Source of the DNA: a virus
DNA: 64,000 nucleotides
Direction: 5' to 3' (one strand)
Virus record (IMG/VR): IMGVR_UViG_3300023174_000145
Location: 10,409 to 74,408 of that record
Position 1 is the first letter of the stretch, and the number at the start of each line of letters is the position of its first letter. The translations under genes and the position numbers were made by a program. Shown in pieces: positions 55,591-63,723 of the stretch. The notes beneath the pieces are model-generated. The model was not told the DNA's origin. It searched no databases and worked only from the letters and a program-made list of their open reading frames with translations.

Positions 55591-57528
55591 TTATACCGCT
55601 TTTGAGATATCAGTTATATCACAAGCACCTGCAACACAAGCTAAATCTTGTACAGATGTAGTTGCATCAAAGGTTTCATATATCTCTAGCCATTTCCAGT
55701 CTAAGTCGGCTGGTGTTTCTTCAACCAGTTTATTATATTCATCTTCAGTAATCTCCTGATATGGAGCCTGTTGATATGTATGTTCTGAGTAAGGCAAGAA
55801 TGAAACACCTGACATTTCGTCAATATGCTCATACACCCAAGCACCGACAGCCATCCATTCATCTTCCTTTACAGATACTGTAATAGATGGTTTATGTTCT
55901 GCCCAATGTCTTTGGTATGTAAGCCAAATATCCAAATGCTGAATAGCAGTTAGATTTTCTCTCAAAGTTGAGCCTTCTGGTGCTTTAATTGGAAATGTAA
56001 AGACCATAGTATCATTTGGTTTCATAACATCTGGTTCGTGTTTAATACCCATATCAACAAGGAAAGATGTAATTGGATCTTTCATATCACCACGAATTGT
56101 GCGAGCATAAAACTGTGAATGCCAAGGATGCATACCAGAAGATGAATTAACTAGCTGGGAAACAGTTCCAGATGGCTTAACACAGGTAATAGCCGCAGAC
56201 TGATTAATTCCAATCTCTTTTGCCCAATAAGCATTTATATCCACAGCGTGTAATCTAAGTGCATCTAGCCATTCTGCAAGTTTTTCTGTTCCTTGAGAAC
56301 CATTAAGAACTGGATGAGATAGCTGACCAGTTAGCGAAACACCAAGCAGTCTCTCTTCTTCACTATTCTTTTGCCAAATCTTGCGAAGGTATTTGAAACG
56401 AGTAAATGTTGACTGAACAGTTCCAAGAAGCGTTGCAAGTTCAACTTTAGCCTTAAGGTCTTCAAGGGTATCTGTATCCCTTACAACAACCTCAGTTAAA
56501 TTACAGAACTGATAAGGTCTAAGAATAATCTCTGAACAAGGGTTTGTTCCAAAATCAGATGTTGCGTCTCTACGACCATTCTTTGCAGAAATCTTTTGTG
56601 CTGCCTCACGACTGAAAATACCACGCTCACCTGATTTTGAGTCATAAAGGGCTTTCCATTCATCCATAAATACTTCCATAGTTGGCTTAGTATTATATAC
56701 GGCTGAGTTATTTGCCAATGCTCTCTGACCACTATATTCCCACCAAGAACCTGCTTTTGCGGCTGCCATATTGCGATCTTCAAGATCTGAAAGTGAAATC
56801 ATTGCACTTCGGCGAACACCACCAACTACCACAACTTCGGCAATCTTACACATAAGGTCGTGGGCTTCTAGTGGAGTTAATTTTCTACCAGAAGCACCCT
56901 TAAGAAGTGCTACTGAAAATTTAAATAATCTATCTAGTGGTTCTGGACCAGATGCACGACCACCAAATGTTTTAAGACGAGCACCAGCGGGTCTTACAAG
57001 TGACATATCCCATTCTGGAATCTGACCTTGCCATAAAAGGGCAAGAAGTTCTTTAAGAGATCTAGCCCAGCCAGCCTTAGAGTCTTCTACAACAATCTTT
57101 GTATTTGTTTTTTCAAAGTGCTCATTAATGGCAGGTAACTGAGTAACATATCTTGATTCAACAGAATATCCAACACCAGTTCCACACATAAGAATATACA
57201 TCGCCTCATCAAAAGAGCGGAGTGAATCAATAGGCATATAAGCACAGTTATAAATACAAGTGTTGTCACGCTCTAGTGCTGGACCAGCCGTCATAAAAGC
57301 TCTCATAGATGGCATTACATCTGTATTAAGAATTGCATTTGAAATCTTGTCGATATGTGATTGGTCTAATTTATATCCACTATGCTTATCTAAAGCATTA
57401 AAAATATAATCGGTATAACGAGATACTGTTTCATCCCAGTTTTCTCTGCGATTATCTTCTTCCCTCCATCTTGCGTATCTTGTTTTATGAATTACTTGCT
57501 GATATGCCGATGGCAAAGAAACTGTCAT
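55591..57528 (-). CDS. nrdJ: Class II (adenosylcobalamin-dependent) ribonucleotide reductase
   Basis: PSMRA, NCAY, CGTGVG, GGVRRSA, TNPCSE, CNLTE, KPSGT, C-terminal CVAGAC; no beta subunit nearby. Confidence 0.93.
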   Translation of the reverse strand: MTVSLPSAYQQVIHKTRYARWREEDNRRENWDETVSRYTDYIFNALDKHSGYKLDQSHIDKISNAILNTDVMPSMRAFMTAGPALERDNTCIYNCAYMPIDSLRSFDEAMYILMCGTGVGYSVESRYVTQLPAINEHFEKTNTKIVVEDSKAGWARSLKELLALLWQGQIPEWDMSLVRPAGARLKTFGGRASGPEPLDRLFKFSVALLKGASGRKLTPLEAHDLMCKIAEVVVVGGVRRSAMISLSDLEDRNMAAAKAGSWWEYSGQRALANNSAVYNTKPTMEVFMDEWKALYDSKSGERGIFSREAAQKISAKNGRRDATSDFGTNPCSEIILRPYQFCNLTEVVVRDTDTLEDLKAKVELATLLGTVQSTFTRFKYLRKIWQKNSEEERLLGVSLTGQLSHPVLNGSQGTEKLAEWLDALRLHAVDINAYWAKEIGINQSAAITCVKPSGTVSQLVNSSSGMHPWHSQFYARTIRGDMKDPITSFLVDMGIKHEPDVMKPNDTMVFTFPIKAPEGSTLRENLTAIQHLDIWLTYQRHWAEHKPSITVSVKEDEWMAVGAWVYEHIDEMSGVSFLPYSEHTYQQAPYQEITEDEYNKLVEETPADLDWKWLEIYETFDATTSVQDLACVAGACDITDISKAV

Positions 57529-57574
57529 TTATTTTCACTCCGTATAATCTAATCCCAAAATGTGGGTAATATCT

Positions 57575-57603
57575 ATTGTACCGCAACAAGCATTAGTGGT
57601 CAA
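57575..57603 (-). promoter_or_regulatory. nrdJ promoter
   Basis: TTGACC-17 bp-TACAAT. Confidence 0.7.
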
Positions 57604-57624
57604 GAGGTATGGTAAAATATTTTA

Positions 57625-57831
57625 ATGATAACAATACAAGAATTGCACAAATATATGGATTTAGTAGAGATGAGAATGGCTCCTGTGATACCCTGTGCCC
57701 TAGATGCAGAACATATGCCACCTGTGCCATTTGAAAAGGATGGACAACCAGCTTTATGGTGTCTGGAATGTGATACAAAACTATTTATTGGTGAAAGAAA
57801 AGCCAGTTTAATTAAAAAGATTATTGGGTGA
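57625..57831 (+). CDS. Small zinc-binding protein, divergent from nrdJ
   Basis: C...H...CLEC; TG-N-TAAAAT 6 nt before the ATG (leaderless). Confidence 0.65.
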   Translation: MITIQELHKYMDLVEMRMAPVIPCALDAEHMPPVPFEKDGQPALWCLECDTKLFIGERKASLIKKIIG

Positions 57832-58153
57832 CATCGGCAACGACAGTTAGTGGACCTTTGAATAATGTAGATATAACTCCACTATTTGACATTTGAATAT
57901 CATATTCATAAAGTTTTCCACCAATAAGTTTTGCTGATTCTGTAGCACTTAGTGTAACTTGAACTGTTCCAGTTACTTCATCAGTAATTGTAAAATTAAA
58001 AGAAGCTATAGCTGTAGACTTTCCTTTTTCTTTTACTTGACCTAAAAATGTATATCCAGTTACTGGAAAATCGCTACCATCATTTTGTAGGTGCATACTA
58101 AAAACAAAAGTGTCACCCTTATAAATTTTAAATGCATTATATCCTGGAAGCAT
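57821..58153 (-). CDS. BppU-like / Ig-like virion protein
   Basis: IYKGDTF...G.VQVTLS..ES...YEYDIQ...G.LTV..DVT. Confidence 0.65.
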   Translation of the reverse strand: MLPGYNAFKIYKGDTFVFSMHLQNDGSDFPVTGYTFLGQVKEKGKSTAIASFNFTITDEVTGTVQVTLSATESAKLIGGKLYEYDIQMSNSGVISTLFKGPLTVVADVTQ

Positions 58154-59166
58154 TAACCAATCACCACTACCTTATAAGTTGCTGCCGTAATTGTTGAAGC
58201 ATTTGAATTAATGCTAATTACAACGGTTGTTGTACCGACAACTACATCTGCTTCAATTATAGCATTTGATGTAGCATCACGAAGTTGTGCTATTACATCT
58301 GCACCAAGACCGTGTGTAATTGTCCAAGTTGCTACACCACTATTAACATTGAGTAAAGGATTTGTAGCAGTATATTTCTTTGTGAAACCATCAGTTACGA
58401 GTGCAGTTCCAAGTGCAGTTTTGTCTACTGCAAGACCATTTGTTTTTGTAAGATATGGATTTGAAGATGCAAGGATTGTGTCAAATGCCAAAGTATTTGC
58501 TGAGTCAGTATAGGTTACAGAAAGAGAATTAGATCCTGAAATGAAACCACCATTTCCAACAACATCTTGAACTGCTTCTGTAAAGTCTGAAATATTACTT
58601 GATGTATGAGTATGACCAACTAATGCTATTTCAACTTCAGATCCTTTAAGACCTGCATACCATTTAGTAGCCGACTCATTCCAAAGCAAAGAAGCATTGG
58701 TAGATGTTCCACGAATTACTTCTAGTCCAGCATTTAAAGTAGGTGTTCCAGTAACTCCATTATTTAAAATAACAATATTATCTTCTACAGAAAGTGTAGA
58801 AGTATTAAGAGTAGTTGTATCGCCATTTACTGTAAGATTTCCAGTAACAACAAGATTTCTGCCAATAGTTACATCATCAGGCAACCCAATAGTATAGTTT
58901 GGACCAGCCGAAACTTCTACTTCATTAGCTGTTCCTGTAATGGTAGTATTAGAAATATCATCTGTATAAGCAAGTGATTTCCAAGCTGTACCGTTCCAAA
59001 TTTTTGGGCGGGTTGCTGTAGATTGATAAATAATTCTACCAATATGGTATGTTTGATTTGTTGTAATAGTTGGGTCGGCAGAAAGATTTTCCAATCTAAA
59101 GTTTTTTGATTGATTTAACCCTAGATCTAAATCTACTGCAAAAAGTCTACTTGCCACTATATTCAC
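58153..59166 (-). CDS. Fibre/whisker-like virion protein
   Basis: GNLTVNG.TT......VEDN.V.LN, AGLEV.RGT, WNE, FTEAVQD, THGLG. Confidence 0.65.
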   Translation of the reverse strand: MNIVASRLFAVDLDLGLNQSKNFRLENLSADPTITTNQTYHIGRIIYQSTATRPKIWNGTAWKSLAYTDDISNTTITGTANEVEVSAGPNYTIGLPDDVTIGRNLVVTGNLTVNGDTTTLNTSTLSVEDNIVILNNGVTGTPTLNAGLEVIRGTSTNASLLWNESATKWYAGLKGSEVEIALVGHTHTSSNISDFTEAVQDVVGNGGFISGSNSLSVTYTDSANTLAFDTILASSNPYLTKTNGLAVDKTALGTALVTDGFTKKYTATNPLLNVNSGVATWTITHGLGADVIAQLRDATSNAIIEADVVVGTTTVVISINSNASTITAATYKVVVIG

Positions 59167-59171
59167 CCATA

Positions 59172-59654
59172 TTACGAAAGATATGCCTTACCTGATGTAG
59201 AAGCATTCATAACTATTCTAACAGAGTTTGCGTCTAAATACTGAATATCTGCTTCAATTATTTGATTGGAATCATTCAAAACTGTAACATTTGGATAAAA
59301 GTTAAGATTATGATAAATAGTCCAAGTAGAATTAGCTGATGCTTGGGTATGATAATACTTAACGTGATTAACTGGATCAGCATTAATATCTGGATAATCT
59401 ATAACTACATTACCGATTTTTCCATTTACTGACTGAACTGGTACATATCCATCATTTAATAATAATTCTACAGTTAGATTATTTTGAGCATCTTCTACGG
59501 TAATAGTAGAAACATCGGCGGTAGAAGAAAGACTAATATTAGTAACCTCAGATATAGTATTAACATCTACAGTGTCTACTGTTTGAACTGGAGATAAAGT
59601 AATAGAATCTACAGGATTTACAAGAGTTACTGTTATTTGATCTGGATTAGACAT
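59172..59654 (-). CDS. Virion protein with VxSVNG fibre motif
   Basis: VQSVNGKIGNV, HTQ...W.I.HNLN.YP.VTV...SGKAYLS. Confidence 0.6.
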   Translation of the reverse strand: MSNPDQITVTLVNPVDSITLSPVQTVDTVDVNTISEVTNISLSSTADVSTITVEDAQNNLTVELLLNDGYVPVQSVNGKIGNVVIDYPDINADPVNHVKYYHTQASANSTWTIYHNLNFYPNVTVLNDSNQIIEADIQYLDANSVRIVMNASTSGKAYLS

Positions 59655-59658
59655 ACAT

Positions 59659-60612
59659 CTATTGTAACACTAAACGCTGTTCAATTTTAGTAAAATGATC
59701 ATCTACAACTTTATCCCAATTATATTGCTCCATAACTAATGGTGCTTTATTATAGTATTTTTCTAAAAGAGATTCAATATTTTCTTCTACATATTTCATT
59801 TTTTCTAGAACTGTATTATAGTTAGGCTTCCACATAAGTCCAGGATGAGTAACTGTCCAATAATTATGAGAAAGTTTTGCATCGATAACTAAATCTTCTA
59901 ATAAATGAGTATAATCACACCAACCTTCTGTAACTATTGTTGGCATTCCTGTTGCAAGACATTGAAGCGGGATTAATCCAAATCCTTCACCCCACGATGG
60001 ATAAACAAGGCAATGATGATCTGCCATAAGTTTTACCATTTCAAATGATGTTAATGTCTCAGCAATAATATTAATATTTGGATAAATAGAATACTCTTCA
60101 AGTGGTGAATCTTTATATGCCTTAATAGTAAGAGTAACATCTTCACGTTCTGAGTACAATTCAAGGAAAGCTTCAACAACATCATGTAGATTCTTTCTAT
60201 ATGCTGGATATCCAATATGTAAAAATTTAAGTGTTCCATCATATTTTCTTTTTTGTGGTGTAAATACAGTATCTACTCCGTGACCAAAAACTTCAATTCT
60301 TTTATCTGTATACTTAGAAAATATTTCTTTATTCCAATTATTTCCAACCCAAATCTCATCAACATTATCTAATCTTTCTACCCATTCAGATTTTAACTGA
60401 CTTGATTCCCAATCAGTATAACCAATTTTATATGATCTTTTTGATAAAAAATCATATTCTGATGGATGCCCAAATGCAATTTCTAAATCACAATCTTTAT
60501 CTGCATAAGAAACTTGACGATCTGTTTTTACTAAAGAATTTACAATTTTTCTACAAGCGTGACCATAGCCTTGATAAGGAGCTAGTTGTTCATATCTAAA
60601 ACTAATTCTCAT
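59659..60612 (-). CDS. GT-B (family 4-like) glycosyltransferase
   Basis: GYG, WES, RKN, CLVYPSWGEGFGLIPLQCLATGMP. Confidence 0.9.
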   Translation of the reverse strand: MRISFRYEQLAPYQGYGHACRKIVNSLVKTDRQVSYADKDCDLEIAFGHPSEYDFLSKRSYKIGYTDWESSQLKSEWVERLDNVDEIWVGNNWNKEIFSKYTDKRIEVFGHGVDTVFTPQKRKYDGTLKFLHIGYPAYRKNLHDVVEAFLELYSEREDVTLTIKAYKDSPLEEYSIYPNINIIAETLTSFEMVKLMADHHCLVYPSWGEGFGLIPLQCLATGMPTIVTEGWCDYTHLLEDLVIDAKLSHNYWTVTHPGLMWKPNYNTVLEKMKYVEENIESLLEKYYNKAPLVMEQYNWDKVVDDHFTKIEQRLVLQ

Positions 60613-60922
60613 CCATTTTATTTTCTTCTAGGGCGGTTAACCGCTTTTCAATTCTATTAATAGCATCCTTAATAGATGTACCAGAATTGGGTTTCATTTC
60701 ATAAGATATATGCTCTACGTCTTCTTCTATCTTACGAAGTCTTTCTTGCATACCAGGTCTTCCTGGAAATCCTGGGCGGGCTTCCTCACCAAAGTAATCA
60801 TCAAGAAAGTGTATAAATCTTTTAACAGCCTTTGTAATCTTTCCACTAGTAACTACAATTACTGTTAAGCCACCAAGCGTACCTGCTATTGATAAGATTA
60901 TTTGTGCCATTCGCATATTCAA
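60602..60922 (-). CDS. Membrane protein (lysis-region, single TM + coiled coil)
   Basis: N-terminal hydrophobic helix; PN.GTS.KD..NR.E. Confidence 0.6.
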   Translation of the reverse strand: MNMRMAQIILSIAGTLGGLTVIVVTSGKITKAVKRFIHFLDDYFGEEARPGFPGRPGMQERLRKIEEDVEHISYEMKPNSGTSIKDAINRIEKRLTALEENKMDEN

Positions 60923-60941
60923 TTATACACCTTCAAGAAAA

Positions 60942-61304
60942 CTACTTTGCTGTCTTGCCTTTCGTAGTTTCTGCTGTTTTCTTCGCTGGGGTCTTTGGGG
61001 CTGTTTTCTTAACAGCAGGTTTTGTAGCAGGAGCCTTTTTAGCAGGTGTCTTTTTAACAGCCTTTGCAACCTTTACTACATCTTCAACTACAACATCAGC
61101 AAACTGAGTTGGAGTATATCCACGACCAAAAGCAACATCATTCTTGTTCAACCATCTCAAAACAACAGGTGCTACAGCAGCAACAAGTGCTTTTGCATAA
61201 TCCCCTGAATTATTACTACCGCTTAGATAAACGGCGATTTCGGCACCAAGAATAGCTCTTGCATATGAAGCAAGAATTGCTTTCTGTTGACTATTTAGTG
61301 TCAT
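60942..61304 (-). CDS. Holin-like membrane protein with PAKK-repeat tail
   Basis: Two hydrophobic helices, LRWLN..D..FG, then KKTPAKKAPATKPAVKKTAPK. Confidence 0.55.
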   Translation of the reverse strand: MTLNSQQKAILASYARAILGAEIAVYLSGSNNSGDYAKALVAAVAPVVLRWLNKNDVAFGRGYTPTQFADVVVEDVVKVAKAVKKTPAKKAPATKPAVKKTAPKTPAKKTAETTKGKTAK

Positions 61305-61319
61305 TAGTGTATCCTTATC

Positions 61320-61545
61320 TATAAGTTATATATATCATATATATAATTACTATTGTAATATATAAATATTCTTAATATATTAATATTTAATATATTTTTA
61401 TATTTATTATATTTATATATAAATAATATTTAATAATTATAATACCTGATTTTATTGAAGTCAATAATTTTTATAAAACTTTTATAAAATTTGTACAAAA
61501 TTTATATTTATAAATTAAAGATAAATAACCTTATCTCCTGATTTA
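61320..61545. other. Extremely AT-rich non-coding segment
   Basis: Long runs almost devoid of G/C; repeated TTTTATAAAA palindromes. Confidence 0.8.
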
Positions 61546-61645
61546 AAATTTATTTTCGGCGGATTTCGGCGAGAACAGAACAGAAAACCCCCCATCCAGC
61601 AAAACTAAAAAACATTTTTTACATATGCTGGAGTATAATTATTAA

Positions 61646-61810
61646 ATGAACAGCGGGCTTAACTGCAATACCTGCAAGAAAGAAATACAAGTAATCGGGC
61701 AGGTGCGAGTAAACTCAGCCGTTTGTATTACCTGTTATGCTAAAGAATTAGAAAAAAGAATAATTGAGTTAGAAAACGCACAACAACCGATCAAGGAAAA
61801 TGATGAGTGA
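61646..61810 (+). CDS. Small CxxC...CxxC protein (54 aa)
   Basis: Manual translation MNSGLNCNTCKKEIQVIGQVRVNSAVCITCYAKELEKRIIELENAQQPIKENDE; TATAAT-6 nt-ATG. Confidence 0.65.
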   Translation: MNSGLNCNTCKKEIQVIGQVRVNSAVCITCYAKELEKRIIELENAQQPIKENDE

Positions 61811-62036
61811 ACAACCGCTAGAAGAGACTCTAGAAGAGTCATTAGAAGCCATAGAAAGCAATCTGGGGGCAGTAACATATATTATGCTTGCCAGAATATA
61901 CGATTTATTAATATTGCTCTGTGATGCTCAGGGAAAGGGAGAAGATGCATTGCGTCTTATGGAGATGCATAAACAAGGTTTATTAATGTCTCCAATACCA
62001 GCTATTGCTGCTCCTGAAGATACCGACCAAAAATAA
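61800..62036 (+). CDS. Hypothetical protein
   Basis: 78-aa ORF overlapping the previous stop; YI.L.RIYD.L motif. Confidence 0.65.
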   Translation: MMSEQPLEETLEESLEAIESNLGAVTYIMLARIYDLLILLCDAQGKGEDALRLMEMHKQGLLMSPIPAIAAPEDTDQK

Positions 62037-62089
62037 AAAATGAGCAATCAGAAGATTTTTCCGACTACCCATTTTTTATTTAACTAAAT

Positions 62090-62605
62090 CTAGTTAACAG
62101 ATTTATGATAATACTCTTTATCCTTTTTATCCCAACCGTATGGTGTCTTTTTAGAAGCCACCTTTTTTGGTTCAGATGAAGCGATAGAGATTGTACGAGG
62201 TTGTTTTTCCTCTGGTACATCTTTTTTCAATGTGACAAAAAGAATACCATCTTTAAGTTCCGCAGAAACTGTTCTTACATATTCAGATAGTGCATAAGTT
62301 CTTGTGAACTTTCTTGCTGCAATACCCTTGTAAAGATATTCTGCTTCACTTTCAGCCTTTTCCCCCGAAACTGTTAGATTACCGTCTTGTTCAGTAACAG
62401 TTAGATCTTTTTCAGAAAATCCTGCTACCGCCAATTCAATAACAAAATTGTTATCGTCTACTTTTCTAACATTGTAAGGTGGAAATGTACCTTCATTTGA
62501 TTTGATTACCTGATCAAACTTTGGAAAAATGTTCTCAAAGCCAATCAGATACGGATTGTTAATCCAATGTGAACCTGAAGTCCACGTTGTTGTGATGTTT
62601 GTCAT
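62090..62605 (-). CDS. Small heat-shock protein (Hsp20/IbpA-like)
   Basis: FPPYNV, IELAVAGF, YLYKGIAARKF.R.Y.L, A.LKDGIL.V.L. Confidence 0.93.
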   Translation of the reverse strand: MTNITTTWTSGSHWINNPYLIGFENIFPKFDQVIKSNEGTFPPYNVRKVDDNNFVIELAVAGFSEKDLTVTEQDGNLTVSGEKAESEAEYLYKGIAARKFTRTYALSEYVRTVSAELKDGILFVTLKKDVPEEKQPRTISIASSEPKKVASKKTPYGWDKKDKEYYHKSVN

Positions 62606-62723
62606 CGTTTTTTCTCCTTTTCAGCGAGTTATTTATTTGCACCCCCCGAAGGCAAGTGCATCTATATATTATAACAAAAAACATTCACTTAATATAGTTT
62701 TATAACAAAATCGTTATATAAAT

Positions 62724-62764
62724 TTGGATAAAATTTGGATAAGTTTTGGATAATTCTTGGATAT
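62724..62764. repeat. Four TTGGATA(A) direct repeats with 11-bp period
   Basis: Copies start at 62724, 62735, 62746, 62757. Confidence 0.85.
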
Positions 62765-62948
62765 ATGATCAGGTAGGGTCATTTTGGTAAAAATGTGAAT
62801 AATTTTTTATTTTGTATGATACGCATATAAGAGAAAAGAAAAGATTTTCAAATAGTGAGCACATATCTAGCTATGCGGTGTCTGGATTTGAATCCTTTTA
62901 TTTTATACCCGCCAATAGCATAGGGGGTAGGCACATAGGGGGTGGGAC

Positions 62949-63053
62949 TTAGTAGCCCTCACACTCACAGACAACGCACACGGTTGCGTCTAACTCATCG
63001 TTGTATTCAAATACAGAATGGTCATCGCAAGCAAAACAGAATGCTGTTTCCAT
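62949..63053 (-). CDS. 34-aa Cys-rich microprotein
   Basis: Manual translation METAFCFACDDHSVFEYNDELDATVCVVCECEGY; TAATG coupling to the upstream ORF. Confidence 0.6.
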   Translation of the reverse strand: METAFCFACDDHSVFEYNDELDATVCVVCECEGY

Positions 63054-63172
63054 TATTCACTCACCGCCTCACAGATAATACACAACGAAACTTCAAACGG
63101 TGTCAGTTTATCGCCACACTCAACACACTTCTTGTTGGTAATAACCTCAACATCATCATCAAAGTCAATCAT
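63053..63172 (-). CDS. 39-aa Cys-rich microprotein
   Basis: Manual translation MIDFDDDVEVITNKKCVECGDKLTPFEVSLCIICEAVSE; GAAAGG RBS. Confidence 0.65.
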   Translation of the reverse strand: MIDFDDDVEVITNKKCVECGDKLTPFEVSLCIICEAVSE

Positions 63173-63196
63173 AATGTAACCTTTCTAGTTAATACC

Positions 63197-63383
63197 AACC
63201 TAACACATAGCACTGACAAAAACAACACGACACGCCTATTTATTTATAACGATTTGATAACATTTTGGGGGTCGACCCCCCGCTCTCGGGCGTGTCAAGT
63301 AGACACGCCGATAAATAATGTGAGATTCCCCACACCGACACACCGACACAAATGCAAAAAATGTCAGACCCTTGTGGTATTGT
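63197..63383. promoter_or_regulatory. Divergent early-type promoter pair with palindromes
   Basis: TGTCAG-N7-TG-N-TAnnnT on both strands (63218-63197 minus, 63362-63383 plus). Confidence 0.65.
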
Positions 63384-63414
63384 GTAACTATTCACCTAAC
63401 GAAAGGCAAGAAAA

Positions 63415-63648
63415 ATGAACGCACTAACCCTTGACCTAACCGCCCAATTCGTGGACTTGCGTATTGGTAACCTTTTTGAGTTGTATCTCAATACTAAGGT
63501 TGTTGCCGTTATTGTTGGTATTGTTGTTGTGTTGCGTGTTCGCAAGGTAGTCAATGACCGACTAGCACAACGCAAGGCAAATACTTGGACAGTACCGCCA
63601 CAGATAGATTTGTTAGATAGTAACAATCCTTTTGACGATTTCGCCTAA
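63415..63648 (+). CDS. Small membrane protein
   Basis: GAAAGG RBS; hydrophobic VVAVIVGIVVVL followed by basic residues. Confidence 0.7.
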   Translation: MNALTLDLTAQFVDLRIGNLFELYLNTKVVAVIVGIVVVLRVRKVVNDRLAQRKANTWTVPPQIDLLDSNNPFDDFA

Positions 63649-63663
63649 CAATAAGGCGGACAA

Positions 63664-63700
63664 GGGGTAGGGCAATAATGTCCTACCCCTATGCTATGCT
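63664..63700 (+). promoter_or_regulatory. Hairpin overlapping a third copy of the early promoter motif
   Basis: GGGGTAGGGCA-ataa-TGTCCTACCCC; TGTCCT-N7-TG-C-TATGCT. Confidence 0.55.
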
Positions 63701-63723
63701 AGTACCCTACCCGAAAGGCTGTT

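Noticed and set aside
62942-63418. 158-aa plus-strand ORF, and minus-strand ORFs 63396..63626 and 63783..63998
   Set aside because: Shadow ORFs over better-supported genes with RBS and promoters on the opposite strand.
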